NCBI GenBank assembly: GCA_963728205.1
Contig: CAVSIV010000006.1
Coordinates: 448,001 to 512,000, forward strand
Length of the DNA stretch: 64,000 nucleotides
DNA from: an uncultured Chloroflexia bacterium
GTDB taxonomy: Bacteria > Chloroflexota > Dehalococcoidia > UBA2979
Direction of reading: 5' to 3'
The notes under the pieces are model-generated. The model was not told the origin of the DNA, made no database searches, and saw only the letters and a program-made list of their open reading frames with translations. A program made the translations under genes and the position numbers. Position 1 is the stretch's first letter, and the number at the start of each line of letters is the position of its first letter. Positions 10,350-20,673 of the stretch are shown here, piece by piece.

Positions 10350-10865
10350 ATGACCGACCGTCCGCTCGGGCTCGACACCCCGTTCGTCGGGGGGCACGCC
10401 GATGTCTGGCGGTGGTTCGACGACGCCGCGCGGCTGCGCGCCATCGCGGACGCGCTCGTCGCGCCCTTCCGCGGCGACGTCACGAAGGTGGCGGGCATCG
10501 AGTCGCGCGGCTTCATCCTGGGCACCGCGGCGGCGCTGGCTCTCGGTGTCGGCTTCGTGCCGATCCGCAAGGCCGAGGGCCTGTTCCCGGGGCCGAAGGT
10601 GTCAGCCGACGCCGGGGCCGACTACCGCGGCAACCGCCACACCCTGCGCCTGCAGCGCGCGGCGCTCGGCCCGGACGACCGCGTCCTGCTGGTGGACGAC
10701 TGGGTCGAGACCGGCAGCCAGGCGCGCGCGGCGCGGACGCTGATCGAGCACTGCGGCGCGACGATGGTCGGCATCGCCACCGTCGTCACGGAGGCGTCGC
10801 CGGAGGTGCTCGGCGAGCTCGGGCGGGCGCATGCGCTGGTGGCCGGGCGCGAGCTCGGCGGGTAG
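10350..10865 (+). CDS. apt: Adenine phosphoribosyltransferase-like PRTase
   Basis: GIESRGF, FVPIRK, and PRPP motif VLLVDDWVETGS. Confidence 0.8.
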   Translation: MTDRPLGLDTPFVGGHADVWRWFDDAARLRAIADALVAPFRGDVTKVAGIESRGFILGTAAALALGVGFVPIRKAEGLFPGPKVSADAGADYRGNRHTLRLQRAALGPDDRVLLVDDWVETGSQARAARTLIEHCGATMVGIATVVTEASPEVLGELGRAHALVAGRELGG

Positions 10866-11048
10866 CTCTGCGGTTGCGGAGATGCGGCAGGACCCGAGGC
10901 CGCGGCGGAGTCGCCCAGCGAGAGAATCACTCGTCTTGCGACAGTGCGCACTCGGCCGTGCCCGAGGGAAGCGGGGATACACTTGGTGCGTCACGGACGC
11001 GCAGCCGCTACGTTGCGCATCCGCCGAGGACGATGGAGGCACGCAACG

Positions 11049-11399
11049 ATGGCGAGCCCTGCGCCGAGTCCGGCACGTCACGACGAGCGATTCATCACCG
11101 TTCGTGGGTTTGTCGTGCAGCGGCCCGATGGCCAGTGGTATGCCCACTGCATCGATCTCACCATCGATGCACTCGCTCCGACCCGGGATCAGGCACTCGA
11201 GAAGATGAGCAGCGCCACCCTCGCCTACCTCACCTGGGCGACGGAGCGGGGCGTGCCGCTGATGCGGCCGTCGCCGCTGCGTTTCCGGCTGCGCTACTAC
11301 GCGCTGGCGCTGCAGGACCGGTTCCGCGGTCTCGTTCCGAGACCGCCACAGCCTGAGAGCCGGAGTGCGCGCACCTTCCACCGGCCGATAGCAGCCTAG
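11049..11399 (+). CDS. hicB: HicB-like antitoxin
   Basis: GGAGG RBS. GQWYAHCIDLTIDALAPTRDQALEKM..A..YL matches the HicB N-terminal fold pattern. Confidence 0.65.
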   Translation: MASPAPSPARHDERFITVRGFVVQRPDGQWYAHCIDLTIDALAPTRDQALEKMSSATLAYLTWATERGVPLMRPSPLRFRLRYYALALQDRFRGLVPRPPQPESRSARTFHRPIAA

Positions 11400-11678
11400 C
11401 TAGGTTCGCTTCACCCGCTTGTTGATCTTCTTCGCGGTGCTCGCGGTCTGGCGGTAGAAACCCTCGCGACTCAAGCCAGACTGCGCGATCATTGTGCCGA
11501 TACGTTGCTTCTCGAACTCGTCGTAGGCGGTATCCACAGTCACGAGCCTGGGCCGCCCGCCGATACCGTCATGCTCCCAGTGCTCGTGTGAGCCTTCCGT
11601 CCGGTCCAGTCGGAAACCCGCACTCCGCAGGATGCTGCGCACGTCGCGAACGGTGAGCGGCGGATACTTGCGCGGCAT
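11400..11678 (-). CDS. hicA: HicA-family mRNA interferase toxin
   Basis: PPLTVRDVRSILRSAGFRLDRTEGSHEHW...VTVD with the GSH catalytic motif. Confidence 0.85.
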   Translation of the reverse strand: MPRKYPPLTVRDVRSILRSAGFRLDRTEGSHEHWEHDGIGGRPRLVTVDTAYDEFEKQRIGTMIAQSGLSREGFYRQTASTAKKINKRVKRT

Positions 11679-11823
11679 AGTCTGCGCTCCGGCATTCCCA
11701 GACAGTCTTCCTGTTCAGCCGAAGCAGGTCGTTGCGTAGCGCAGCACCGGATGCGCACGCCTGATCCGTGAAGTCGAATAGCGCATCGATGCTCCATGGA
11801 TCAACGCATCACGTAGCGAAGGC

Positions 11824-12264
11824 ATGCCCCGCCTCCTGCCGGACGGCCGCGTCGCCTGGTGGTGGTCGGACGGTCGACTCGTCGACCAGCGCGGCGGCAC
11901 GGTCCTCGACCTCGCCGCTGTCTACGCGCTCGCAACACCCGTGGCGTTCCTCCCGAGCCCCGACGGGTCCGAGATCGCCGTGACCTGGATGGGGCCGTCG
12001 GACGGGCCGTCGGCCCAGTGGTACTGGACGCGGTTCGAGCGCCGGCCGGACGGCAGCTACGCGCCGCGCGAGACGCTCGCCGAGCCGGCCGGCACGTTCG
12101 TCTCCGTGCCGTACTGCTGGCTCGACGCGACGCGCGCGCTCGGACCCGAGGGCGTGATCGACTTCGCGCACGCCCAGCTGCAGCCGGTCCGGGAGCTGAA
12201 GGACGTCGACGGGGTGCCGGACCGCGAGCGATTCCCACTCATGGTGCTCGGCGGTGCCGGGTGA
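11824..12264 (+). pseudogene. C-terminal fragment of a beta-propeller protein
   Basis: LLPDGRV, PSPDGSEIAV and CWLDATR blades with no signal peptide. Confidence 0.5.
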
Positions 12265-12410
12265 TCCGGCGCGGCGAGCTCGCAGCCCTGGTGCTGCTCG
12301 CGGCCGCTCTCACGCGACCGGCTGTACCGCGCCGCGCCCGCGCGGAACGTCGACGCCGACCGTGCCGCCGCCACGCCGTCCCCTCCGGCCACCGCGCCCG
12401 CGTGCCGTGA
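12261..12410 (+). pseudogene. Truncated lipoprotein N-terminus
   Basis: GTGA-coupled VIRRGELAALVLLAAALT, then (shifted frame) TGCTAP...STPT, stopping just before the TA module. Confidence 0.4.
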
Positions 12411-12438
12411 TGCTGTAAGATCACGATCGGAGGTAAGG

Positions 12439-12702
12439 ATGTCTGACGTCGTAAGGGCGAAGGTCACCTCAAAGGGGCAGATCACGCTCCCGAAGGCGAT
12501 CCGAGACGCGCTCGGCCTGGAGGAGTCGTCGGTGGTCGAGTTCGAACTCACCGACGGAGGCGCACTGCTGACGCCGGCGCGCGGCGGTTTCCTCGACCGG
12601 TTCGGCTCGGTCACCCCGCGGCGCCGGCCGGAGCACTGGGGGCGCGTCCGCGCTGCCACCGCGAAGCAGGTCGGCCGTGACGTCGCCGACGCCGGGCGCT
12701 GA
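12439..12702 (+). CDS. AbrB/MazE/SpoVT-family antitoxin
   Basis: AKVTSKGQITLPKAIRDALGL...VVEF. Confidence 0.9.
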   Translation: MSDVVRAKVTSKGQITLPKAIRDALGLEESSVVEFELTDGGALLTPARGGFLDRFGSVTPRRRPEHWGRVRAATAKQVGRDVADAGR

Positions 12703-12708
12703 ACGCGC

Positions 12709-13128
12709 TTGCCCGCCTCGCTGATCTTCGTCGACACCAACATCTTCCTGCGGTTTCTGACTGCGGACCACGCGCGGATGGCCGAGGACTGTCGCCGGCT
12801 GTTCGAGCGGGCGGAGGATGGCGACCTCCAGTTGCACACGTCGCATCTCGCGCTCGCGGAGATCGTCTGGACGCTGCAGTCGTACTACGACGTGCCGCGC
12901 AGCGAGGTCGCCGTGATGCTCAGCGACCTGCTCGCGCTGCGGTCGCTCCGCGTCGACCAGAAGGAGATGCTGCGGGCCGTCGTCGAACTCTATGGCTCGA
13001 CTAGCGTCGACTTCATCGACGCGTACCACGCGCTCGATACTCGCCGCCGCGGGATCGAGCGCGTCTGCTCGTACGACCGCGACTTCGATGCCCTCGGCGT
13101 TCAGCGCGTGGAGCCGCCCGACGTTTGA
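12709..13128 (+). CDS. vapC: VapC PIN-domain toxin
   Basis: FVDTNIFLR...LAEIVW...DFIDAY...SYDRDFD. Confidence 0.9.
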   Translation: MPASLIFVDTNIFLRFLTADHARMAEDCRRLFERAEDGDLQLHTSHLALAEIVWTLQSYYDVPRSEVAVMLSDLLALRSLRVDQKEMLRAVVELYGSTSVDFIDAYHALDTRRRGIERVCSYDRDFDALGVQRVEPPDV

Positions 13129-13323
13129 CGGCCATCTCCGCGCGGGGCCTCCCGCGACGGGCGCCGGCCACGAAGCGCCACGATGGGCGGTGGGCCGCGC
13201 TGGAACAGTGCTCCCGCGCAGCGCCCCGCCCGGAACGGGACCTGCGCCGCGCCGGAGCATTCGCGCGCGTCATGACGTTCGCAAATACGAACAGGGGAAC
13301 CCTGGGCGCACCTGCGACGTACT

Positions 13324-14786
13324 GTGAGCGGGGCCCGAGCCACAGGGGGGTTCGTCGCGAACCGACACGCCGCGCCGCTGCTGGCGCTGACGACGGCGCT
13401 CATCCTGCTCGGCTGCAGCCGGGCCGCACCCGCACACCCCACGGCGACCCCGGCCGCGACCGCCGCGGCTGCGCTCGCCACCCGGCCTGCCCCGTCGCCC
13501 TCGCCTGCCGTCTTCTTCTCGACGGCGACGCCCGCGTCGACGCCGGCCATCGACCGGGTGGCGCGGCCGGTCGCGGGGTTCCCGTTCGGCGGGGACGACG
13601 TCATCCACGCGCTTGCCGCGACGGGCCTCGACTACGCGCCCGAGGACAGCGGCGTCGGCTGCCCGAGCGTCCACGCGCGTGGCGACGTGTACCGCTCGCG
13701 CGACGCGACGGCCGCGGCACCTTCGTTCACGCTGTGGGTGTTTCCGTCGCCCACCGAGCTGCGCCGCGACTGGTCGGTCGCGGCGCCAGACGGCACGCCG
13801 CGATCCCGCGACGGATGCGCCGTCAGCGAGTACGCCTTCGTGCACGAGAACCTGCTGGTCGACTTCCCCGGCGACTCCGCGCCGGGGGCGGCGCGCGCCG
13901 CCTCGGGCCACGCGATCGCGCGTGCGATCCTCGCGCTCTCGCCCTCGACGCTCGGCACGCCCGTCCCGTACGACGTCTGCGCCCACGGCGACGGCTGGAC
14001 GCGCCCGTCGGCGGCCGCCATGCAGCAGTTCTTCGCTGCGAGCGGCCACGGCGACGGCACGCTGCCGTTCCCGCGCATCTACGCCACCTCCCTGGCCGAC
14101 TTCGTCGTCGACTTCAGCGGGCCTGCCGCGGCGGACCTCGACGAGACGCGCGCGACCGTCCGCGCGATGTTCGACGCCGCCGGCACGCCGTTCGCCCTCG
14201 ACTGCCAATCGGCCCTCCGCGCGATGGACGCGTGGTCGCTGCTCGTCGTGGACCACCACGTCGTCGCGGTCCGCGGCGACGGCGATCGGCTGGTCGTCAC
14301 GGTCGAGCCGGCGCCGCCGGCCACTTCGAGGCGCTGCGGCTCGGCTCGACGCGCTTCGCGACGGTGCAGGTCGCCGACGCGAGCGGGCGCGAGCTGTTCG
14401 CGGGCGGCGTCGACGGCTGGAACCGATGGGAGCGCGACGACGCGGGCCGGCTCGTCTACGCGACGGCCTTCGGCGAGGGGGACGGCGTGACGAGCGACCC
14501 GCTGCCGATCGGCGGCGAGCCGGTGCAGGTCACCGGGCTGGGCCTGGCGAACCTCGCGGAGCGGTTCACCGTCGCGGGCGCGGCCGGGCAGGCCACGCCG
14601 GTGGCAGGGGGCCAGTTGCCCGTGCGCCACCTGCAGGCGTGGGCGGGGCCGGTGCGGCTCGACCTGCCGGCGGGCTGGTACCCGGTGCACGTCGAGGTCG
14701 TGCGCAACGGCGCGACCGGGCCGCAGTTCGCCGGCGTCGCGATGTTCGGGGACCAGGTGCCGTTGCCGCAGCGAGGTGCCCCATGA
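13324..14786 (+). CDS. Lipoprotein of unknown function (frameshift ~14320)
   Basis: Lipobox LLGC and PT linker. The second frame ends ...VPLPQRGAP with an ATGA overlap to the next gene. Confidence 0.65.
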
Positions 14787-16711
14787 GCCGAAGCCCGTGG
14801 CGTACCACTGGTGTCGCCATGCTCCTTGCGCTCACCTTCGCGATCGCCGGCTGCCGTTCCGCGCCGCGGCCGCCGGCGACGGGCACCGCAGGGACGGGCG
14901 CCGGCGAACCGAGGGCGACCGCGGCCGGCACGTACATGGATCCGATCGCGTACTGCGCCGCCGTCGGCGACCTCGACCGGCCGTCGAGCGATCCTCGCTA
15001 CGCCGGCCCCGCGGTGCCGCGCGGCGTGATCGAGACGTACGCCGCGGCGGCGGGGACGGCGACGCCAAGCGCCGACCTCCTCCAGCACCCACCGGCGCTG
15101 CCGTGGCGCTGCATGGGCGGCCGCGTGTACGTCTGCGTCGTGGGGGTCGCAAGCGGGAACGGGTGCGCGGCCGCGAAGACCATCAGCACGCCGACCCCGC
15201 GGATGGAGGCATGGTGCGCGCAGCCGCGGCCGACGCCGCCTTCGGGCCTGCCCGACTTCGTCCCGATGTCGGAGACCGACAACCCGAGCGTCTACGAATG
15301 GGAGTGCCGGGACGGCCATGCCGTCGCTGTCGGCCCGCCCGCCGCCGTCGACACGCGCGGGTTCGTCCGCGACCACTGGGCGGTCGTGGCGCTGGGGCCG
15401 GGCAGCGCATCGCCGACGGCCACCGCCGCCACCCCGTTCCCCACAGTCACGCCACTGACCCGGGGCGAGATCGTGACCGTCGACACCGCGCCGTACCCGG
15501 CGGCGCACATGGACGACGCCACCGCGGAGGTGGACGTCGGCGCGCTCGACCTGCAGCAGTCGTCGCTCGTCCTCGACCGTGCGACCGCGCGCCTCTACCA
15601 GGTCCCAGGCGCGTGGCTCGTCTGCTTCGTCCCCACAAATGACGGCCGGCCGGTCGCGATTGCGTCGACACCGCCGGGGACAGGCAACGCCATCCAGCAA
15701 CGAACGCTGCTCCTGAGGTTCGACCCGTTCGAGGCGCAGGTGCTCGACGTGCCGATGCGCGTCGTGGCCGCCTGCCCCGGCGAGTCGCCGGGCCACCCGG
15801 GCGACCCACACGCCGTCGACGTCGAAGTGTTCGCACCGACCTCGCTGACGAAGGACGGCCGCCGGCTGCCGCCCGGCCGCTACAGCTTCGATCCCGGCTC
15901 GCTGCAACTCACGTTCGTGCGAACGGAGCCGCCGTACGGCGCGGGCGTCGGCGCGGGCGCTCCCGACGGCAGCGTCGTGGCGCGCTGGCCCGGCGCCGAC
16001 GCAGGCGCCGCCTCCATCGAGCTCGTGCGGCGCTTCGGCGAGAACTACCTGGAGGACGCAACATCGGGGAGGACGATCCTCGTGGGCGTCGACGAGTACG
16101 CCGTATCGCCCGGCGGGCGCCTGCTCGCGACGTCCGCCTCCGCACCGCCCGGCGGCGACCGGCGCGCTTACGTCGTCGACCTGGCGTCCGGGGCAGTCAC
16201 TCCGATCGGGATCGACGCGACGGGCGGCTTCGCCTGGTCGCCCGACGGAAGCTGGGTCTCCGCGTTCTGGCGCGGCTCAGCACAGGCGGGCGGCCCCGCA
16301 ACGTCGGTGATTGAGGTCCGTTCCGGGAGCGGGCCGAGCGTCGTGGTCGGCCCCGTGCTCGGCCCGTTCGATGGGCGTGTCGTCGAGGGGTGGACCGCGG
16401 ACGGGACGCTGCTGATGGCGCGCCCGGCTCCCACGACGGGCTCGGGGGTGCTGCTGGAAACGCTCGACGTCACGACCGGCCGGGTCGCGCCCTTCGCATC
16501 GGAGACGGAGATCGACACGGCGGCGGTGTCGCCCGACGGGACCGCGATCGCGACGAGCGGCCCCGGTGCCCTGCTCGCAGTGCGCTCCCTCCCCAATGGC
16601 GGCACCGCCGAACCGCGCGCGCTCGACGGCGCCACGATCCGCGGAGCGTTCAACCTCTCGTGGTCATCGGACAGTCGCTGGCTCGCCGCATGCGTTGGGT
16701 CGACGGAATGA
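14783..16711 (+). CDS. Lipoprotein: Cys-rich N-domain plus beta-propeller
   Basis: Lipobox IAGC. DPIAYCAAVG...WRCMGGRVYVC...GC...WC...YEWEC, then VSPGG/WSPDG/VSPDG/WSSDS blades. Confidence 0.8.
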   Translation: MSRSPWRTTGVAMLLALTFAIAGCRSAPRPPATGTAGTGAGEPRATAAGTYMDPIAYCAAVGDLDRPSSDPRYAGPAVPRGVIETYAAAAGTATPSADLLQHPPALPWRCMGGRVYVCVVGVASGNGCAAAKTISTPTPRMEAWCAQPRPTPPSGLPDFVPMSETDNPSVYEWECRDGHAVAVGPPAAVDTRGFVRDHWAVVALGPGSASPTATAATPFPTVTPLTRGEIVTVDTAPYPAAHMDDATAEVDVGALDLQQSSLVLDRATARLYQVPGAWLVCFVPTNDGRPVAIASTPPGTGNAIQQRTLLLRFDPFEAQVLDVPMRVVAACPGESPGHPGDPHAVDVEVFAPTSLTKDGRRLPPGRYSFDPGSLQLTFVRTEPPYGAGVGAGAPDGSVVARWPGADAGAASIELVRRFGENYLEDATSGRTILVGVDEYAVSPGGRLLATSASAPPGGDRRAYVVDLASGAVTPIGIDATGGFAWSPDGSWVSAFWRGSAQAGGPATSVIEVRSGSGPSVVVGPVLGPFDGRVVEGWTADGTLLMARPAPTTGSGVLLETLDVTTGRVAPFASETEIDTAAVSPDGTAIATSGPGALLAVRSLPNGGTAEPRALDGATIRGAFNLSWSSDSRWLAACVGSTE

Positions 16712-17990
16712 TGGCGACGCGGCGACCCGGCGCGCTGGTGACCATGGCCGCGATCGCTCTGCTCGCCGTCGCGTGCTCGAGCCGTTCCGGCCCGCCGAGC
16801 GCCCCGCCCACCCCGACCTCCACCTTCGCGGCCCCGCCGACGACCACGGCCCCGAGGACGCCGAGCAGCGACGGCACCGCGAACCCGCCCGGCACCCTCG
16901 TCCCGCCGGGCACGCCCGCGCCCACCGCCGTCCCCTGGACGCCCGACCCCACCACGGTCGCGGCCCCGCTCGCAGAGGACGGGAGCGCGTGGTTCGTCAT
17001 GGCCGGCGACGTCGACGGCGAGCAGCTCGTCGTGAAGAGCCAGAGTGGCAACGACTGTCACCACTTCCAGAACACCCTCGCCAGGTACGACTTCGGCGGC
17101 GGCGCGCCGGCGCCCTTCTACACGGCGCCCGAGCATGTCCAGGTGACGGACGTCTCAGCCGACACGCGGTACGTCGCCTGGATCGAGCAGCGGTACGTTG
17201 CCCAGTCGCTCACGCCCGAGGCGTGCCCGACGGTCTCGCCCGACGCAACGCCACCCAAGCGGGTGATGGTCATGGACGGCAGACCGGCGCGGTCACCGAG
17301 ATCGATCGCGACGAGAGCGGCGCGCCCGCGTTCGGGCTGGCCCTCGACAGCACGCACCTCGCCTGGGCGAAGAGCCGATCGGCGACCTACGGGCCGCACC
17401 AGCTGCAGTCGCTGGAGCTGGTCGACCTCGCCACGGGCGCGCGCCGCACGCTCCTGCAGGGCGACGAGGGGGCGTCGCTGCGGCCGCTCGCGCTCGCGTG
17501 GCCCAACCTGCTGTGGAAGCAGTGGACGGCGTCGACGACCGGGTTCGACGTGGACTGGACGGACGTGAACGCGCCGGCCCCGGGCAACATGCTCGCGATC
17601 CGAACCGGCGACGCTCTCGGCGCCGGCGGCGCGACCCTCATCGATGGCGAGCTCTACCTGGTCACCGGCGCCCCGGCGTTCGCGCGGATCGAAGGGTCCG
17701 ACGTGCTGCGCTACCCGTCGCCCGGAGCGACGCCCGTGCCGGTGCAGCCGGGCGTCCCGGCCGACGCCCACATGTTCGATCCCACGGGAGTGCACGGCGT
17801 GATCGCCTGGCTGTCGCAGGAGCCAGACCGGCTCACGGTGTTCGACGCCGCCCACGGCCGCGTGTACCGCCACAGCGGCTTCGTAGCCGCCGTGGTGCGC
17901 ACATGCGACGCGCTGATCTGGGAGGCGGCGGCGGGCACCGGCGACCCGACGGCATGGTCGCTGTCGCGGCTCGAGGTCGGCCCGCCGTGA
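16708..17990 (+). CDS. Lipoprotein, beta-propeller-like (frameshift ~17280)
   Basis: Lipobox AVAC, PT linker, and repeated D.RYVAW / DSTHLAW / WPNLLW motifs. Confidence 0.7.
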
Positions 17991-18078
17991 TCCGGCGGGC
18001 ATGCGCATCGGCGCTCGCCTCGCGGGCTTTCGGACGCGGGACGGCCGCGCTACCGACGACGGTCGACGGGGCAGCGGG

Positions 18079-18990
18079 TCAACGCCCCGCGACGGCCGCC
18101 GTCGCACCGTCGACCGCGAAGCTCAGCACAGGGTGCAACTGGATGCCGTTCGGCGCCGCACCCGACTGGTCGTGCTCCGCGTCGAAGAAACCGACGCCGG
18201 TGAGCGTGACGGTGCCCATGATCGACGCGTCGCTCGACGTTGGCGGCGTGCCGAACGCAGCGATGATCGATGCGCGGGCGGCACGCATCTCGCTCGACCG
18301 GGCGGAGGTCATCGCCCCCACGCACGTCTCCGCGTCCGGGAACTCGACGATCATCGTCGCCCCCGTGCCCGGGTCGGCGATCGTGAGCTGGATGTCGCGG
18401 TCGCCCTGGAGCCTGAACGCCACGACGTTCGCGGTCACGCGGTACGTCGTGAGCTCGGTGGGCGCGGCGCGAGCGTTGTCGTGGAGGGCCGCCGGAGGCG
18501 AGAGCGCGCGCAACGCGTCGACGGTGGTGTCGACGGGCGTGAAGTCCACCGCGCCTGCGTCCGGGTCGCTGAGCGTCTTCACCGCCCAGCGCTCCGCTCC
18601 GCAGAGGGTCGTGGTCGGGACCGGCGGCACGATGGGCGTGCAGCGGAGGAGGACGATCGTGCCGGCGGGGACCTCCTCGGGCACGGCAGCCGCGAATCCC
18701 GCGTTCACAAAGCTCGGCGCGCCGTAGACGTAGCCGAGCGGCGCGCCGCCGACGAAGATCCACGCGGAGTCGGTCGCGCACCCATGGAAACCGGCGGCCT
18801 CCGAGAGCTCGTGCACGGTGCCGCCGCCCCAGACCGTCGCCGCGATTCCCCCGTCCCGCGGGATGGTGCCCTGGAGTCGGTCGGGGAAGTACGGGTCGTC
18901 GCCGGGTGCGGCGCGCGACCGGTGCGGCGAAGCGAGCAACGCGGCGGCGAGCGTGAGGACAATCGCGAGCCCGAGCGATGTACGTCGCAC
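18079..18990 (-). CDS. Secreted protein: WGGG/GAPxFVN module plus OB-fold-like CGxERWxVKT domain
   Basis: Signal peptide. CGAERWAVKTLSD...GDRDIQL...GVGFFD..H.Q.G.APNGIQLHPV. Confidence 0.75.
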   Translation of the reverse strand: MRRTSLGLAIVLTLAAALLASPHRSRAAPGDDPYFPDRLQGTIPRDGGIAATVWGGGTVHELSEAAGFHGCATDSAWIFVGGAPLGYVYGAPSFVNAGFAAAVPEEVPAGTIVLLRCTPIVPPVPTTTLCGAERWAVKTLSDPDAGAVDFTPVDTTVDALRALSPPAALHDNARAAPTELTTYRVTANVVAFRLQGDRDIQLTIADPGTGATMIVEFPDAETCVGAMTSARSSEMRAARASIIAAFGTPPTSSDASIMGTVTLTGVGFFDAEHDQSGAAPNGIQLHPVLSFAVDGATAAVAGR

Positions 18991-19116
18991 GCTAGCTCGC
19001 CTCCCACCCCATCGAGGCTCGGATAATAGCGAACGACGCCGCGCGGGTGGGCAACGACAGGTCCACGGTCGCCGACGGAACGGATACGGTGGTGCCGGCG
19101 AGGAAGGGCGACCGCC

Positions 19117-19347
19117 ATGGGCTGGGAGGAGCGCATCGAGCTGAACCCCAACGTGCTCGTCGGGAAGCCGATCGTGAAGGGGACGCGGCTCGCGGTCGAG
19201 TTCATCGTCGAGTTGCTCGCCGACGGCTGGACCGAGCGCGCCATCCTCGCGGAGTACCTCGGCCTCACCCGCGACGACATTCACGCATGCCTGCGGTACG
19301 CGAGCGAGCGCTTGCACGCCGAGAAGGTCTACCCGCTCGAGCCGTAG
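19117..19347 (+). CDS. DUF433 antitoxin
   Basis: RIELNPNVLVGKPIVKGTRLAV...Y.GLTRDDIHACLRYA. Confidence 0.9.
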   Translation: MGWEERIELNPNVLVGKPIVKGTRLAVEFIVELLADGWTERAILAEYLGLTRDDIHACLRYASERLHAEKVYPLEP

Positions 19348-19353
19348 CGCGCC

Positions 19354-19424
19354 TTGCGCCTACCCCGGATGAGAACGCGGCGCGGGCGCTTGCGGCAGAC
19401 ACGCCGGCGGGCGCACGCTCGTGA
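19354..19424 (+). pseudogene. Remnant of a DUF5615 PIN-like toxin
   Basis: TTG start MRL.., then DENAARALAA in another frame. This resembles the MRxxxDEN start of DUF433 partners and stops early. Confidence 0.5.
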
Positions 19425-19464
19425 CGCGGACGGCGCGAGAGCGTGGCCGCGAACGGATCGTCCG

Positions 19465-20673
19465 ATGACCACCTCCCGCCACCGCGCGCTCTTCCCGATG
19501 TGCCTGCTCGCCGCCGCCCTCGCGCTCGCCGCGACCGCCTGCGCGCCGACGGCCGGCTCCCCCGCGCCGACCGCCTACCCGCTCACGCTCGACGCCCCCG
19601 CCTACGCCGGCGCCACGCGGCCGGTCGCCGGCCTCGACGCCACCGCCGCGCCCACCCCCGCCGTGGAGCGCACGCTCGGCCCGCTGCCGGCGTCGACGGT
19701 CGGCTCGTGGGACGGCGCCTCGGTCGTCGTCTACGACCTGCAGAGCGGCCGCCGCATCGATCTCGGCCCGGGCCGCATCGGCCCCATCCCGGGTTTCAGT
19801 CCCGACGGCACGAAGTTCGCGTGGCTCGCCGGCTCCGCGCAGGAGCCCGCCGGCGGCAACCTCCCGCCGGCGCTCGAGGTGCGCGTGCTCGACCTCGCCA
19901 CCGGCGCCCAGCGCGGCTACGGGATGGGCATGTACGCCTGGTTCGTCGACAACGACACCCTCACCGTCGCCCGCGAGGGGCCGGACGGCGGGCCGCGCAA
20001 CGTCGACCTCGCCACGGGCACCGACGGGCCGCCGCGCGGCCCCACGACGCCCCCCGGCTCGGCGCCCAATCCCTTCCGCCTCCACTACCCCGGCTATCTC
20101 ATCGCCCGCGAGCACGCGCCGCTCGCGCTCCCCGCGGCCGACGCACCGTACGTGGTCGTCCCCGACGACGGCGGCCCCGCGCTGCGCTTCCAGGTACGGG
20201 CCGTGGTGCCGGACCCCGCCTCGCCGCACGTCGTGTTCGCCCTCGAAGACGGGCCCGCCGCGCACGAGCAGCGGCTCTTCCGGGTCGACGTCGACACCGC
20301 GACGGCGTCGCTGATCGCGACCGGCGACGCCGACGGCTACGACGGAACGTTCGCGCTCAACCGCACCGAGGTCGCGGTCGGCGACCGCCTCTGCCACGAC
20401 GACGGCCGCATCCTCGTCTACCGCTTCGATACCGGGCAGGTGACGGCGCTCCACACGAACGTCCCACCCGTGCGATCGACGGGCGGGGACGGGCTTTACG
20501 TGGATGGGTCGGGGCTCTTCGCCCGCGCGCGGCTCGACCCGACGACGTTCGCTTACGACGTCGTCCTGCCCGCGCCCGGCCTGTGGTCGCGCGACGGGCG
20601 GTGGGCGGCCGTCGGCCAGCCGGCGCTCGGGCCGCTCCCGGCCGACCCGTGCGCGGCGTCGACCGCCCCGTAG
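19465..20673 (+). CDS. Lipoprotein, beta-propeller
   Basis: Lipobox ATAC, FSPDGTKFAW, DLATG repeats, WSRDGRW. Confidence 0.8.
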   Translation: MTTSRHRALFPMCLLAAALALAATACAPTAGSPAPTAYPLTLDAPAYAGATRPVAGLDATAAPTPAVERTLGPLPASTVGSWDGASVVVYDLQSGRRIDLGPGRIGPIPGFSPDGTKFAWLAGSAQEPAGGNLPPALEVRVLDLATGAQRGYGMGMYAWFVDNDTLTVAREGPDGGPRNVDLATGTDGPPRGPTTPPGSAPNPFRLHYPGYLIAREHAPLALPAADAPYVVVPDDGGPALRFQVRAVVPDPASPHVVFALEDGPAAHEQRLFRVDVDTATASLIATGDADGYDGTFALNRTEVAVGDRLCHDDGRILVYRFDTGQVTALHTNVPPVRSTGGDGLYVDGSGLFARARLDPTTFAYDVVLPAPGLWSRDGRWAAVGQPALGPLPADPCAASTAP

